A program made the position numbers and the translations under genes. The notes under the pieces were generated by a model. That model saw nothing but the letters and a program-made list of their open reading frames with translations. It did not search any database and had not been told where the DNA came from. 64,000 nucleotides of DNA, taken from positions 138,942,001 to 139,006,000 of the forward strand of contig OX597815.1 of NCBI GenBank assembly GCA_951406725.2. Reading direction: 5' to 3'. Numbering within the stretch: the first letter of the stretch is position 1; every line of letters starts with the position of its first letter. The DNA is from Octopus vulgaris. Lineage: Eukaryota. Positions 40,216-54,080 of the stretch are shown here, piece by piece.

Positions 40216-43065
40216 TTGTACTTGTATATTTTGAGACTGAGCATACTACAGTTTATTACAAATTTGTATCAAGGCGATTCAAATCAAGCTTATTGCAAGG
40301 CATCAGTATTTTTCAAATATAATTTTTTTTTCTGCATAGAAATATATAGTTTGTTTTATAAAACAGTAGTCGGAATGAATACTCTTTTGTGTCGTTTGTT
40401 TAAAAGAAAGTAACAGCCAAATTACCTGTTGCATTCAGCTTTGAATATAGTTGAAACATGATAATAAGGGCTACTTGGCATATTGTTCAAGAAACCCCAC
40501 CACCACAAGTATACCTGCACATGTAGAAACACTTACACAAAACGGAGGTTAGGAGTTTAGCATGCAATTCGTGTTCCCTTGAAGAATACCCATTCTTAGA
40601 TGGAGAATGAAACTACAAGCAAAGGATATTTGCATCATTGTTTCTAAAAGATACACCTAAACAGGAAGGTGGAGAACATTGAAATGCCGGAATGGGGAGT
40701 ATTTTCTTGTGTATTTTGAAGAAGAGAAAAGGTACACAATATGTACGCTGTATAGGTAGTTGAAATGTAAGGGTAATTTACCCCATATTTCTGATGTTCT
40801 AACGGCGTCTCTGCTTTCGAAAATAAATTGTCATCTGATTTGTTTCTTACAATACACATTTCAACGCTTATGAAAAACAAATATCAGTTTGTTTATATTT
40901 ATATACACGTATATGTGCATATATATACGTATACTAATATTTAGTTTCATGTCAAGTTATAATAAAAATGTTATATTACACTGTAGTATTACTCAATAAT
41001 TTTGTGGATTACTATTTATTGTTCTTTAACATGAATATTATTAACTGTAACTTCGAAATATCAGCCTGTTAATCGATCATCGGGCTACATTATATTTAGG
41101 TTCACTCTTGGTTTATATTGTCTTTGTAAAGAAAGCACTTTTAGGGATTGATGGATCTCTGTTGGGTGATAATTAGGTTGCAAGATAAGTATTATTTTTA
41201 TTGATTAAGTTCTGAGTTGTTTTAATATTCAGAATTTAGTCATTAGGTGTATTCATTTAGATGTGTCAGATTCAGTTCTTGGCGTTGCTTTTTGAGATGC
41301 ATATAAGAGAATTTAGATGGGTAGAAAAGTTGGTTGATCAGTAGATGTGTCGTTAGGTTTAGTAACTGTCAACACTAACAGAAGATTTAAACTTTTATCT
41401 TGGGAATGCGGACGATTTAGTTCAGAATTTAGTCTAGCATTTAAACCTTTGTAATTTGGTATCTTTTATTTTTTAAGTGACCTAGAATGTTAAAACTTAG
41501 TACGCATACACAACTAAGTCAAAGATTTATCTGTGCCAAGCGTGTTCACTGTGCGTGCTTTAGCTTCGTTACTATGGCAACAGTCCAGCTACATATTGAT
41601 CAGATCTCGTATATGCATGGAGGAATGAATTTTATTTTCACGCTATAAAAGGTTCAAATATACCCCAAACATATAAGACGCAACCTAATTTTAGCAGTGC
41701 ATGATTAGTTCTGTGAAGCTTTTTCGACGCCGATTTTTGGCTGTAGGATCCGAGATGATTTATGAGACAGTTTCTTTTAGTGTTTTATGTAGGCTATTAA
41801 ATGAAGTAATTTAATTATGTAAGTATGTTTATATCATTGTATGTATGCATGTATCTCTCTTTCTCTCTCTCTCTCTCTTTCTCGACGCACACACGCACAC
41901 ACATAAAATGAAGTAGCAGATGTGGCTTCCATTATAACCTTCGCAATAATGCATAGTTTGTACATGAAATTTTACAGAAATATCTAAATCGTTATTTTAA
42001 AGAATATTATTTTCAAAATGTTTTTCTTTCTCTCTTACTGAGAAAAGAAGCTCATATCTTTTTAATTATTTAGTACCTTTCTCCTGATCACTGCCCGACG
42101 CAAAGACGCATTACCCTGATGGATACTCTTCAATATTGACATGAAATTAGAAGATGGTAAAAGAGTTTCCAGTTCATGTTCAGCATTGTACAATGCAAAT
42201 AGAAAGTATTATCTCTGAATACTTATTATATTAGGGAATATTTTTAGCATGCATTCCAGTTTCATATTGATAATGAATAATATCAATCAGGACATTGTCA
42301 TAGATTACATTTCTGTAGTCCAAAGATTATGAACAAATTAATGAATACTTAAAAATTATGCTCGTTCTTCTTTCAGAGGAAATTTTGTAGTTATGTGAGT
42401 ATATCTTGTATTTTATCACGTAGGGAGAGTTCCAAAACAGGTTGATGAAGCCTTGTACTTGTGAATGTATTATCATAGTAGCACGTAAGCGTAGTAAATT
42501 GGTCGGTGATTAAATCGGTTCCCACACTGGGCTTGATCCGTGAATGGGATATGTGGACACTCCGTAGAACTGAAAAATGAAACTGTTAAAATCCGTGAAT
42601 GCCAACATCACGCACTTGTATATAGTGGGCATAATCGGGATTAATAGCCCCAGTGAAACATTTGAATCGAAGTTACAAGAATATATAAAATTATAGCAGG
42701 CAGGTCAGGACTCATGTTCAAAACGAAAGCCACAGATAGAAAAGACTGAAAAAAGAAATGATCAAAAGTCAGATGTCTCAATGGCAGATATTCCATGGGA
42801 TTACCACAACATCTGGTAACAAAATCCTCGTAGTTAAATGAAAACTGATAAATTCCAGGTAACAAATATTTCTGGTTATGGTATAACTCCTGGCAGTATA
42901 TTACGATTAATGTACAATCCATGCCAATCTACTTCCTTGACGAGAAATTTTAAATGCACCACTCAATGGATATTTGGTAACACAGTTTCATGATAAGATT
43001 CTTAATTCTGTTTTCAGTAAATTACCTTTCGTTTCTTGAGTCCAGAAAATACTTCGACCTTGACC

Positions 43066-43217
43066 TTACCAGCTCATGCTTGAAATCCATCAACTAAAGT
43101 AACGGAATTTTTTTAATGGGAACTTTAATTATGTTTAATTTTTACCAGCTCATGCTTGAAATCCATCAACTAAAGTAACGGAATTTTTTTAATGGGAACT
43201 TTAATTTTGTTTAATTT
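43066..43217. repeat. 76-bp tandem duplication
   Basis: TTACCAGCTCATGCTTGAAATCC... starts at 43066 and again at 43142; about one mismatch. Confidence 0.95.
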
Positions 43218-44819
43218 TGTATCTTTCGGATACATATAGTATTATTAGTCACCTGCGTTACAAGAAGCAATAATAATCTATACATATCTCAGAAAAAAGT
43301 ATAAAGTTTTATACTGAATGGATGCTATTTATTTCTCCCGGTTGTAGCCACTGGGCGAAGTCACTGCTGGAACAATTTGATCTAATTGAAATGAAATATT
43401 TGTAGGATTGAGTGCCCAAAGAATTAACCCTGTCATCTACGAACCAGTTTTCATTGCTACACAAAGCTTCTATTCTTACCACTAACTTTTCACCAGTTAC
43501 CATGGTATTTTTTTAGAGAATTTCTTTACACTTTTACATTTTCTCGTCGTTGCAATATGACAGAAAACTCAGGTAGAATGTGTACTAGTGCTGGTATTGC
43601 AGGTAAAATCATCTACATATACACCTACTAGTGCCTCTTGTATATTGATTTTCCTATCAAATCATACGATATATATGTTATATTCGGGTTATTCTGAAAT
43701 TTACACTCATATTCCGATATTTCTCCTGCCACAGTTAGTTTTCTTATCTGTATTTGTTTAAAAATTTTTGGACATTTTATAAGAACTTTATTTGTATCGT
43801 CATTTTTTGCGTGTTTCTTATAAATGATTTACCACTTAATTTGAATGTTCGTGATTTTGTTTTATCAAAGCAATAACGTGCAAACGTTGATCCTACGTAT
43901 ATCCTGAACGTCATAACTGTATGTGGTTCACATTTTCCTAAGATATATACAAATGAGAGCAGTGAATAAGTTGGAGTATACTGCAAGGGATTTGTTACAT
44001 CTCTGGTTAGTATTCTATTTGAATTCTCTAGCAATATAGAACAAGTATAACTTACGCATGAAATATTCTAAATGGATTAAATACAAATAAACATGAGCCG
44101 AGGAGGTACGTATAAGCAATCGACATAATTGTCCAAATCAGTAACAGCAGTGAGCGCTATAGCGATACACTAAATTTCATATTAGCTCTAAATATTAATA
44201 CTAACCCAATTAAAACCTGATCCCTGTCTGTAAATTGATATTTTTGGAGGACAGGTTTTTGGTATAGTGTGTACACTTACCTTACAAGATATCTGTAATT
44301 ACTAAAGTGAGAATAATTTTACACAAGTAATGAAATGTCGACATCATTAATGCTTACCGTGTCAGTGAGTAAAAGCTAAGATCGGGAAACGATAATGTGC
44401 TAAAGTTAATTACCGCAGCCATAAAGTCTTAAGAAATGACAAACGATGGCAGAGGTGAAAGGCATCGCCAAGATACTGGCTGATATTACTAATGAGTGTA
44501 AGAATTTGCAATAGTAATCTTAGATATTTCAGTGATCTTCTTCAACGCTATAAGCCGCGTTTGTTGTAAGAACACATTTCCATAACACTGATGAACCATA
44601 TATTATTGCATTTTCTGCTTCGAGAGAGACAATATTTTATTGATCACACATATTCTTACAACCATCTTAACTTCATATTGCTTTTACTGCGTAGTTTGTC
44701 AAGATGTTATTATTTTTTTCATTATCACACACCAATTACGTATACGCTTTAAATATGATTGTATAAAGCCTGCTCAATGATATTACTCCCGTTTCTTTCG
44801 GTTTATATTATTTTCTCTT

Positions 44820-45035
44820 CGGCGGTGAGCTTGCAGAATCGTTAGCACTCCGGGCAAAATTCTTAGCTGCGTTTAGACTATCTTTACATTCTGAGTTTAA
44901 ATTCCGCTGTGGTCCATTTTGCCTTTCATTCTTTCAGGGTCGATAAAATAAGTACTGATCATGTACTGAGGTCGATGTAATCGACCAGCTCCTCGCCCCC
45001 GCCAAAACCTTTTTGGTGTTATGCCTATAGTAGAG
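44820..45035 (+). mobile_element. tRNA-derived SINE with a Nin/Deu-like core
   Basis: GGCGGTGAGCTTGCAGAATCGTTAGC head, GAGTTTAAATTCC B-box-like site, core shared with 9196-9333. Confidence 0.8.
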
Positions 45036-47766
45036 AGGATAATTATGTTTATTCTTTTTAATTATTATACTCAAGTTCCATTCTCATTGGATTTGTGAAT
45101 TCTATATAGTAACTACGAAAAGGTTAGCTGAAATAACTAAAGTTAGCTGAAATTAATGTACACGGGAAGATGTTTTAAGGTTTTGAAGTCAAAGATTAAA
45201 AACCAAAATAATTAAGTGTAAATGTCGTATACTTTGCGTATTGTTGCATTAGAATATAATTTCATGCCAAGATTGGTAAATAATATATTATCTTACGTGA
45301 AAGGAAATTATGCAATATGACATTTATATCATTACTGAAATAGTGTCTTCTTTGATTTACAATGCTTTATATGAAGAGTTTCATTCTAATATTTGAGACG
45401 TTATTTAAGAAGTTATTTTATTAGTTGCTGAATGAGTCAAATGAATATACTTTTAGAATAACGAATACACAAATAATAATTTTCCCATTTCTAGAGAGAT
45501 TTCATTTGGTTGCAGTATCTAAAGCTCTAGTTGTCTCAAGCATGTCTGTATTTTTACTGAACGATCAGCTGTGTTGCTACAGTTTGTCTAGGACCTTCTA
45601 CTAAGAACGCTAACATTACAAATAAAATATTTTCCCTGCGCTCTCAGTAAGTTGGTCCACTAACAAGATAAAATTATGCTATCCAGTTGTCTTGAATAAT
45701 GAACAGAGTTAGAATCGATTGGTGTTCGTTAGAGAGTGAAATATTAACTTATTAATCATTTCATTTGAAAACGTATTGCCTTTTATAAACATTATCAATT
45801 GTTATCGTTGATGGATGTTGTATAATATTTTTATGTGTTGAAGCCTGCTGTTCTAGAATCATTTATTTGGTACAACGGTAAAATTAAGAAGAAATTTAAA
45901 ATTACTATCAAGTATTTTAACTACATTGACTACTCGATCACTAATTACAATTCTTCAGTGCAAATCAAATTTCTAATCTAACATGATGTAAGTTTTAAAC
46001 TGGAGAACGCCATGAAAGTAATATTCAAAGTAGCTAGCCAATTAATTTTATCACAGAACAAGCACGCTTGAGAATCATTACGGTTGGGAATTCAAACCAG
46101 ATTCACTGAAATGTAAATTTATGTTAATAGGTTTAATTAACATAATAAATTATAACTCAACATTAAAAACCTCTCAGTTTAAACTAATTTAAATCAATAA
46201 ATACATACAGAACAAATTGGAAGAAATCTATTAATGGCAAAATTAAAAAAAAAATGAAAAAGTTTTCAATTTTCATAACTCGGAGAAGTATCTAATTGAT
46301 TCAGATAGTTTTAAATTCATTAATCATGATAATTCCTAAGTAATTATCGTAAATTAATTCCATCATAACATCAATTTCCGCATGGCGCAAAATAAAATTA
46401 AAAACTGAATACAAAAATAATGGAAACTTTTTACTTCAACAAAAGGAAATTTAATGTATTCGTTCTATTGACTAATTTTATTAGAAGTGAATTTTATGAG
46501 TATTCTTCTTTGGACTTTGATGCTTCCATTCCTTCTATTATGTTAATAATGCAAATGTTACCATTAGATTCCATTACTACACACCAAATGTTATCGACTT
46601 AATACAAACTAACAAAAGCGTTTCAGTTCATAACAAAAACTTTATAAAGCCTTTACTTCATTCTTGCTTCGTTTTTATACATGCCGAACAATTAAAAGTA
46701 AAAAGAAACAAAAAAAAAAACAAAACAGCAACAACATTTATTAGAAGTATTGTGGGTGTATTTCGATTGTAGTAAAGTTATTTCAGAAAAACGCAGTATA
46801 TTTAATTAAAACATTACAACAAGCAATTTGAAACATAATAAGTAGGTGGTAAGAGATATTTCAGTATGTTATGTTTGTAGTGAAGTATTTCAGTTTTTTC
46901 TTAATATATTCCTCGTTTCAAATGATAGTAAATATTCGTTTAAAAGATTTTAAACTACAGTCTTAAACACTTAAGCCATAGGAGAATATGGGAAATTTGA
47001 CATATCAATGTAAAAGAGAAAAAGCCAGTTTTTATTTACTCGTCATGCACTTATTGAATTTAATTTTAAATATATATATAAATGGAGTCATGTGTATGTA
47101 ATGATTTCCGAAATAACATTTCACCGACGAATCAATCGTAAGAAAATTTGTCTATATTTGATGTGTTGTAAGATATATAATGACGGGAAAAGAAGTTAAG
47201 ATTTCCTATCAAATTATAGTTAGATATAATGAAAGCAATACGATTTGATGGTTGAATAAAATAATGTTTCGAAGAAATACTCAAAGGGAAAGTGTACACA
47301 TATACACGTGATTACTTACACATACATTCTTCACACACACACAAACACACATGCACACACATATATCTATAAACTGAAGTCAAGATAATATAGAAGGGTC
47401 CATTAATATGATTGAAATACTTTAAACATAGATGAAGATGTCAAGTAAACTTGTGAATTATATATGAGTGTGTGTGTGTGCGCGTGCGTTAATACATGCA
47501 TATATGTATACTTTTCGGTAACAAGAGAATGAAGGATGAGAGAGTGTAAAAGTATTAGTTGATGAAACATATAGGACGGCAATATATCATAATGTGATGA
47601 AAGGACAGATAAAATAAAAACGCAAAGGGAAGCAATATCAATGATTTGATGATTTAAGATTTGCAGAAGATGAAAGAAAAATTCAAATAGTGGTCACGTG
47701 GGGAAGTAAAACTATATATATAGACTGCGTGTACGTATTTTACTTACACTTTCACGTATACACACT

Positions 47767-47769
<3 letters not shown>

Positions 47770-47816
<47 letters not shown>

Positions 47817-48737
47817 GGGGGTGGTGAATTTTTTATATATATATATGTGTGTGTATGTGTGTGAAAAAATATATGTATGTGCATGTATGTATGTATGTAT
47901 GTGTGTATATATATATATATATATGTGTATATATATGTGTGTGTGTGTATGTGTGTGTGTGTATATTTATTTGCATGTTTATGTGTGTATAAACATGTAC
48001 ATTATTTGCATGCGCATTGTATATATGTATATTGTATGTATGTGTATTGTATATGTACGTGTACAATTAAGTGTATATATTTGTGTGTATGTGTGCACTG
48101 TATATATGTATATTGTAGGTGTGCTATATGTGCATGAATACATGTATATGCATTGCGTGTATATATATGTATGCATTGTGTGTGTATGTATGTTATGTGT
48201 GTGTGTGTGTATATATATATTATATGTATGCGTACGTGTATGTGTATGCATTGTATGTATGTGTGTTGTGTGTATATGTGGTACATCTATGTATGTGTAT
48301 GTAAACACTATTTATATGTATATGTGTATATATGTATATGCATTGTCTATATATATATATATTGTATGTATGTATTGCGTATGTATATTGCATGCATATA
48401 TTGTGTATGTATATTACTTACATGCTGTATGTGTGTATTGTATGTGTGTATATATATATGCTAGGTGTATTTGTGTGATATTTATATTATGTATGTATGT
48501 GTGCGTGTGTTGTGTGTGCGTGTGTGTATGTGTGTTATATATCTGTGTATATTATATATAGATACATGTTATATTTGTGTGCTGTGTATATATGTGATAT
48601 ATGTGGGTGCGTTGTGTGTGGGTGTGTGTGTTCTGTGTGTGTGTGTGTTGTCTGTATGTGGTTTGTGTTTGTATACTATGTGTGTGTGTGTGTGTGTTGT
48701 TGTGTGTGTGTGTGTTTGTGTGTATATATATGTGTGT
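47770..48737. repeat. Degenerate (TG/TA)n low-complexity tract of about 1 kb
   Basis: Direct read; source of the 249-aa Cys/Val/Tyr ORF. Confidence 0.95.
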
Positions 48738-49094
48738 GACAAACAGACGCTGTCTGACCAGCAGGCACGGACACATCTATTCACACCCGCATACTAACCT
48801 CCTGATAACCCCAAAATCATTCATGCATAAAGGGGAAGTATACACCACATTGGCTACTTCTGTTCTCTCAGTTCAGCCTTTCTGCTAATACTAACAGGTC
48901 AGTAAAAACATACTTAAAATATTCTGAGATGGACAAAAAATCCATTTTAATTTTTGCTGTCAAAACGCTGTATATATATACCAAAGATTGTATATATATA
49001 CATGTAATGTGACAATTTGCGACAACCAATAATTAACGCAACCAATTCCCAATAATATATTTGTTTTATCCTTTTCTGCCAAATTTTCCCAAAT

Positions 49095-49322
49095 AATGTG
49101 ACAATTATGTATAAAAAAACATTTTTGAATTCATAATATCCAATGTGACAATTATGTAAAAAACTTTTTTGAATGCATAATATTCAATGTGACAATTATG
49201 TAAAAAACTTTTTTGAACCCATAATATCCAATGTGACAATTATGTAAAAAACTTTTTTGAATGCATAATATTCAATGTGACAATTATGTAAAAAACTTTT
49301 TTGAACCCATATTATTCAATGT
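49095..49322. repeat. 44-bp minisatellite, about 5 copies
   Basis: AATGTGACAATTATGTAAAAAACTTTTTTGAA... starts at 49095, 49142, 49186, 49230, 49274. Confidence 0.95.
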
Positions 49323-49453
49323 TTCCTTAAATGTAACTTTTGACAATCTTTTACCAAAGAGTGAAACCGGTTAAGTAAATAAACATCGTTTAAATTGCAT
49401 TTTCAAACCTTTTTTCTTATATAATCCCACTCGTGCGATACCCCACAACTCAA

Positions 49454-49490
<37 letters not shown>

Positions 49491-49560
49491 GTACACGCAC
49501 ACATATATATACATATATATAGATACATACATACATATATATATATGTATGTATGTATGC

Positions 49561-49613
<53 letters not shown>

Positions 49614-49621
49614 TATATATG

Positions 49622-49671
<50 letters not shown>

Positions 49672-49922
49672 TACTTACATATATGAATATATCTATAATA
49701 TTTTTTTCTCTCTAGTTTCAGCTCAGAGCTGCGGCCATGCTGATGCACCGCTGTTTAAATAGATACTATTTTTACTTAAGACACTCAGAATTTTATGTAT
49801 CTTTTACGTATGTATATATACGCATATACCCTTTTTATTGAAGGATGTCCTCTTTGTTCTCATTAAAGCGGGTGTCTTTAACGGACAATAACTGCCCTTG
49901 ATATTATAATATATACGCATCC

Positions 49923-49988
<66 letters not shown>

Positions 49989-49989
<1 letters not shown>

Positions 49990-50260
49990 TTAAATTAATA
50001 ATTATATACATATGTATATAACTATATTAAGGGACCAAAGTTGAAAACGACCCATATCTCACATGCTTGAAGTGCCGAGGGAGACTCAAAACTACCCAAA
50101 ACTCCAGATTAAACATACACATGACTGAAAACGTATATTTAATCTGGATTTTTTGGTAGTTTTGACTGTCCTGGCATTTCAAGCACGTTCGAGACTGATC
50201 GTTTTCGCCTTCGCTCTCTTAATACAATCATATACATATGTATATAATCATTAATTTAAT
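49989..50260. repeat. Diverged palindromic element
   Basis: 49989-50118 versus 50132-50260, e.g. TCAAAACTACCCAAAACTCCAGATTAAA / TTTAATCTGGATTTTTTGGTAGTTTTGA. Confidence 0.75.
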
Positions 50261-50407
50261 GTATAAATTGCCTATAAATTTTTATAGCATGCTGACTACT
50301 TGATAAAAATTACAAGCGTGATCTTACCCTTAAATCCTACTATGAAGTTATAAATAATATATGTATATATCGCATATCTATAAATATATGTATGCATACA
50401 CACGCAT

Positions 50408-50458
<51 letters not shown>

Positions 50459-50611
50459 GATATACACACGCATGCACACACACACGCATGCACACACACA
50501 CCCACCCACACATATATATGTAATAAACGAAAAAATGCATGGCAAAAATAAACAAACGACATAAGGTATACTGAGTGTACAACCAGACGGGAAACAAACA
50601 CAGAAAGTCCC

Positions 50612-50676
50612 CAAGTCTTCATCAGTTATCAACCAATTGGTAATACGAGGTTTCGCACCATTAATGGTAAGACTGA
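50612..50676 (-). ncRNA. Hammerhead-like motif in type II order
   Basis: Minus strand: C-GAAAC cuc GUA-UUACCAA uugg UUGAUAA-CUGAUGA-AGACU; stem I is closed as a hairpin. Confidence 0.5.
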
Positions 50677-51160
50677 GATCTTCCCATATTTGCGGTACCC
50701 GTAAATGTTTTGTGGAGAGTTCAGGGCCAAGAGCAAATGAAACAAAGCAAAACAACAGAGAGAGAGAGAGAGATTTGGGACGGTGAGCAAAGTCGAAGAG
50801 TCAAGCAAAATATGACCTTAGGGTCAAGAAGACAAGAATAGTGGATAACGCGTAGAAAACATCCTAAAGGATAGAGAATGGAGGGACAGATATTCCTTGA
50901 TTCTTACACTCTTAAGACGGAATAGCTAAGTTAAATGGAAATCTTTGCTCAATGACCTAGATCCCACATGCATAGCTGTACTAGAAAAAGTTGTAAGAAA
51001 CTTTATGCATTATTTCGCCAACAAATCTCAAATCATGTTTGAGTTATAATGAATTATAAATCATACTTTCGAAAGTGTTACCGCATTTTGCTTGTTCTTT
51101 CTGTCTTTTCAATGTTTATGTGTGCATGTATATGTACACACACACACACACACAAACGCG

Positions 51161-51204
<44 letters not shown>

Positions 51205-51399
51205 AATGTTAAAGAGAATTTTAGGTAGGTTCAACAATATAATTGTACATGCATTCTGCCGTAGGTCAATGCATATCAGTCTTTAGAATATACCAATGTA
51301 TCAATCGTTAATATATTAAATCATATTACAAATTCATGAATACACAAATATATAAAAATCTTATATACATATATAAATAGATGAGTGAAATTATTTTAG

Positions 51400-54080
51400 A
51401 ACGGCGTAGTAAAAATTATTAAGAATACAAGTGTTTTACAAAAAAAGATGAATAAAGTAAAGTCTTCCGAAGAGCGAATAAAAAACATCGTAGCGTTGAG
51501 GTTGGAATATTTCAAAACACAAATGTAAATAATCCAAGAGAATAAGTAATCCTGATTAGGGAAACTGTTAGTGATAATCCCCTTACGGCCGTCCGTTTCA
51601 AGGGTACAGTAATCCATTAATTTTAAGGGTATTTTCACTCCAAAAATCCATGAGAGAGTATATTATTTAGAATTCATATTTCGTGCGACTTTGTACTGGG
51701 TAGATGAGATTTAGTTATACAGGGTGGTGAAGTTGTTAACAGGAGGAGGAAGTATCATAATAAAGAATTATGGGAAATGTAATTTAGAGAATTTATAAAT
51801 GTTAAGAAGATAATAATTGGTCAATATGAGGTTACAGGATGGCAATAGTATAGAAATTAATCGAAGTATTGATAATTAAAAATTAAATGGTTATTTCATC
51901 TAGGTTTACGAAAATATTTAAATGTTGAATGGTATCTATGGTTACAAGGAAATATAGCATCCAAGAAATTATTTAATGATGTAGGCCCATGTCGACGAAG
52001 TATATTTATGGCTCTCGAATACACAATTTACATACACACGTAATTGTATTGTATGGCGGTGCTTCTGGTATTATTGACCAAGATAATGTGTATTGTATAT
52101 TTTTTAGTTTAAGTTCTTGTATATACGCGGTTAGCGTTGTAGAAGATTTATATTTTGCGTTAGTGAAAGAGTTCAAACGGTTCCGATACCTACGTTTAAA
52201 GTCTACAGTGCTTCCTATATGAATTCTTAACCCCTGTGTAGCAGGGATTTCTACAGAACAACTATATACTACGTTATTACGTAAACAGGAACCGGCTAAA
52301 GGACATAACACCTTTATTCGACATGTTCCCCACCCCCACATCATTATTAATTTTCCAGTTATTAGAGGGGTTGACCTGTGAGGGTTGACCTGGCGTAATG
52401 TTAACGCTAGAGCTATTGCCAGTTTGGGGATTATAGAGTTCATTTTAAAGATTTGTGTAGATAAATTTCTTAAGTCTGAGTTTAGATCTATTGATGGATG
52501 CTATGATGGAACCTAAATTCGGAGTAGTTGAGTACGACAATTTTACAGATAATTTATTAAAAATAGAATAATATTTATGATTTTTAAGAAACAATTTTTT
52601 CAGTATGTTAAAAAACAATTTGAGTAAAAGATTTGACCTGAAGAGAGAAGGGCGGGGCAAACCATATAATTCCACATTTCCTAGATTTTGATATTTTGGT
52701 CTGAAATGTAAATAATCCAAGAGAATAAGTAATCCTGATTATATTTATGTGAATTCCCAAATGCCATGTTATTAATTCGGGCTTCATTCATACAGTGTTT
52801 TTAATTGGTTTACCTAAATTGGAGGTCGTATTATTAGATTGTGAGCCAGTTCCATTCAAGATATTTGACATTTTTTGTCTGAAGAATTGTATCAGGGATG
52901 TAAAGTATTTCTTTTTTAAAAACACTTAACTTTAAGGTTTAGTTATAATACGGAGCCTGGGTGTTAAATATCTCCTCGTTCGCCGATAAGTTTGAGATTC
53001 TAATTGGGATAGCCGTTAGCATGCCATCGAGGGTTGATCTAGGATGATTAGAAAGAACGTTTAGGTACTGAAGGGTTTGATTTGGTTTCCTATATGGATA
53101 GTGGAGATTGATTTTATGATTAAGTGTGACGTGTACAAAATGAGATATATTAAGATTTATTTCCAACACTATATTTAAATTATAATTTTTAAAGAATTTT
53201 ATTAAATTTTCTAAGTGCGTTCAATCTCTAGACGGGAGAAGTTTTTAGTTTCCAAAAGCGTGTCATCTCTATGGAGGCCTCCGGAGATGTTAGGGAAGTG
53301 TTGCTTAATGTTTGACAGAAGAAATAGTCCAACAAGGTTTGTTAATTGAGCTGAATGCGAGGATCTCATTGTTATATCAAGAAGGGTCAGAGTTAGTATT
53401 ACGGGTCCAATTTTTAACATGAAACCTTATAAGGGTCTTTCTAGCAGCCACGATTATGTCTATATGAGATGCAGAAAATGTGATATAGTTTTTGGGCAAA
53501 TGATAATGCTTCACTCGGTAATTTAGGTGTTACTGAAACGTAATAATCGAAAATATCAAATTGGATGAATTTAATATGATGTTTGCCCCTGAGGGAATGA
53601 AACCATGTAACTACGTCACCAGTTGAGTTCCAGAGGAGGAGCTCTACGTTCTCTTTAATTTTGGGTAACACTCTATCTAAAATGGTTTTACTAATGATGC
53701 TTGAATCCGACAGAAGGTTTAGCTTGAAATTTGGGTTTACGGTCCTTCAGTATTAAACGTGGTGTTCTCGGAACGTATGGTTCAGTTCTGTTGAGTAGGT
53801 CCAAATCCTTTATTAATTTATATGTTTTATTAATATCATTCAATGCGTTTGCGTGAGTGTGTTTGTAATTAGTGTTAATGTCTTTTTGTAGTAAATTATG
53901 ATAGGTTTCGATAGATAATGCATAGAGGTTCCTAGTTTTATCAATAAACGCATGTACATATTATGAGGCATCTATTTTAGATATGGTTTCAGAGAGTTGT
54001 TTTTGAAATAGGTTAGTATATTTAGAATATTTTATGTCTTTTGTCATATTGCAAGTCTTTTATAAATATGGTGCAAATGA
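51400..54080 (-). mobile_element. Penelope-like retroelement, RT plus GIY-YIG, decayed
   Basis: FIQFDIFDYYVS, SAQLTNLVGL..GGLHRDD, PYRKPN..SNHP, IIWFAPPFS, VKLSYSTTPN, CPLAGSC..NVVY..HIGST..FKRRY..CKLCIRE. Confidence 0.92.

Noticed and set aside
42073-42205. Possible minus-strand exon (FLFALYNAEHELETLL...RRK then GT)
   Set aside because: An in-frame TAA lies between the nearest acceptor and the open frame; no recognisable homology.
42900-43510. piggyBac-like transposase remnant on the minus strand
   Set aside because: Only a vague resemblance (KIPLL..FKHEL); no catalytic motifs, TIRs or TTAA ends identified.
49095-49322. CRISPR-like array
   Set aside because: Head-to-tail units with no unique spacers, no cas genes, eukaryotic context.
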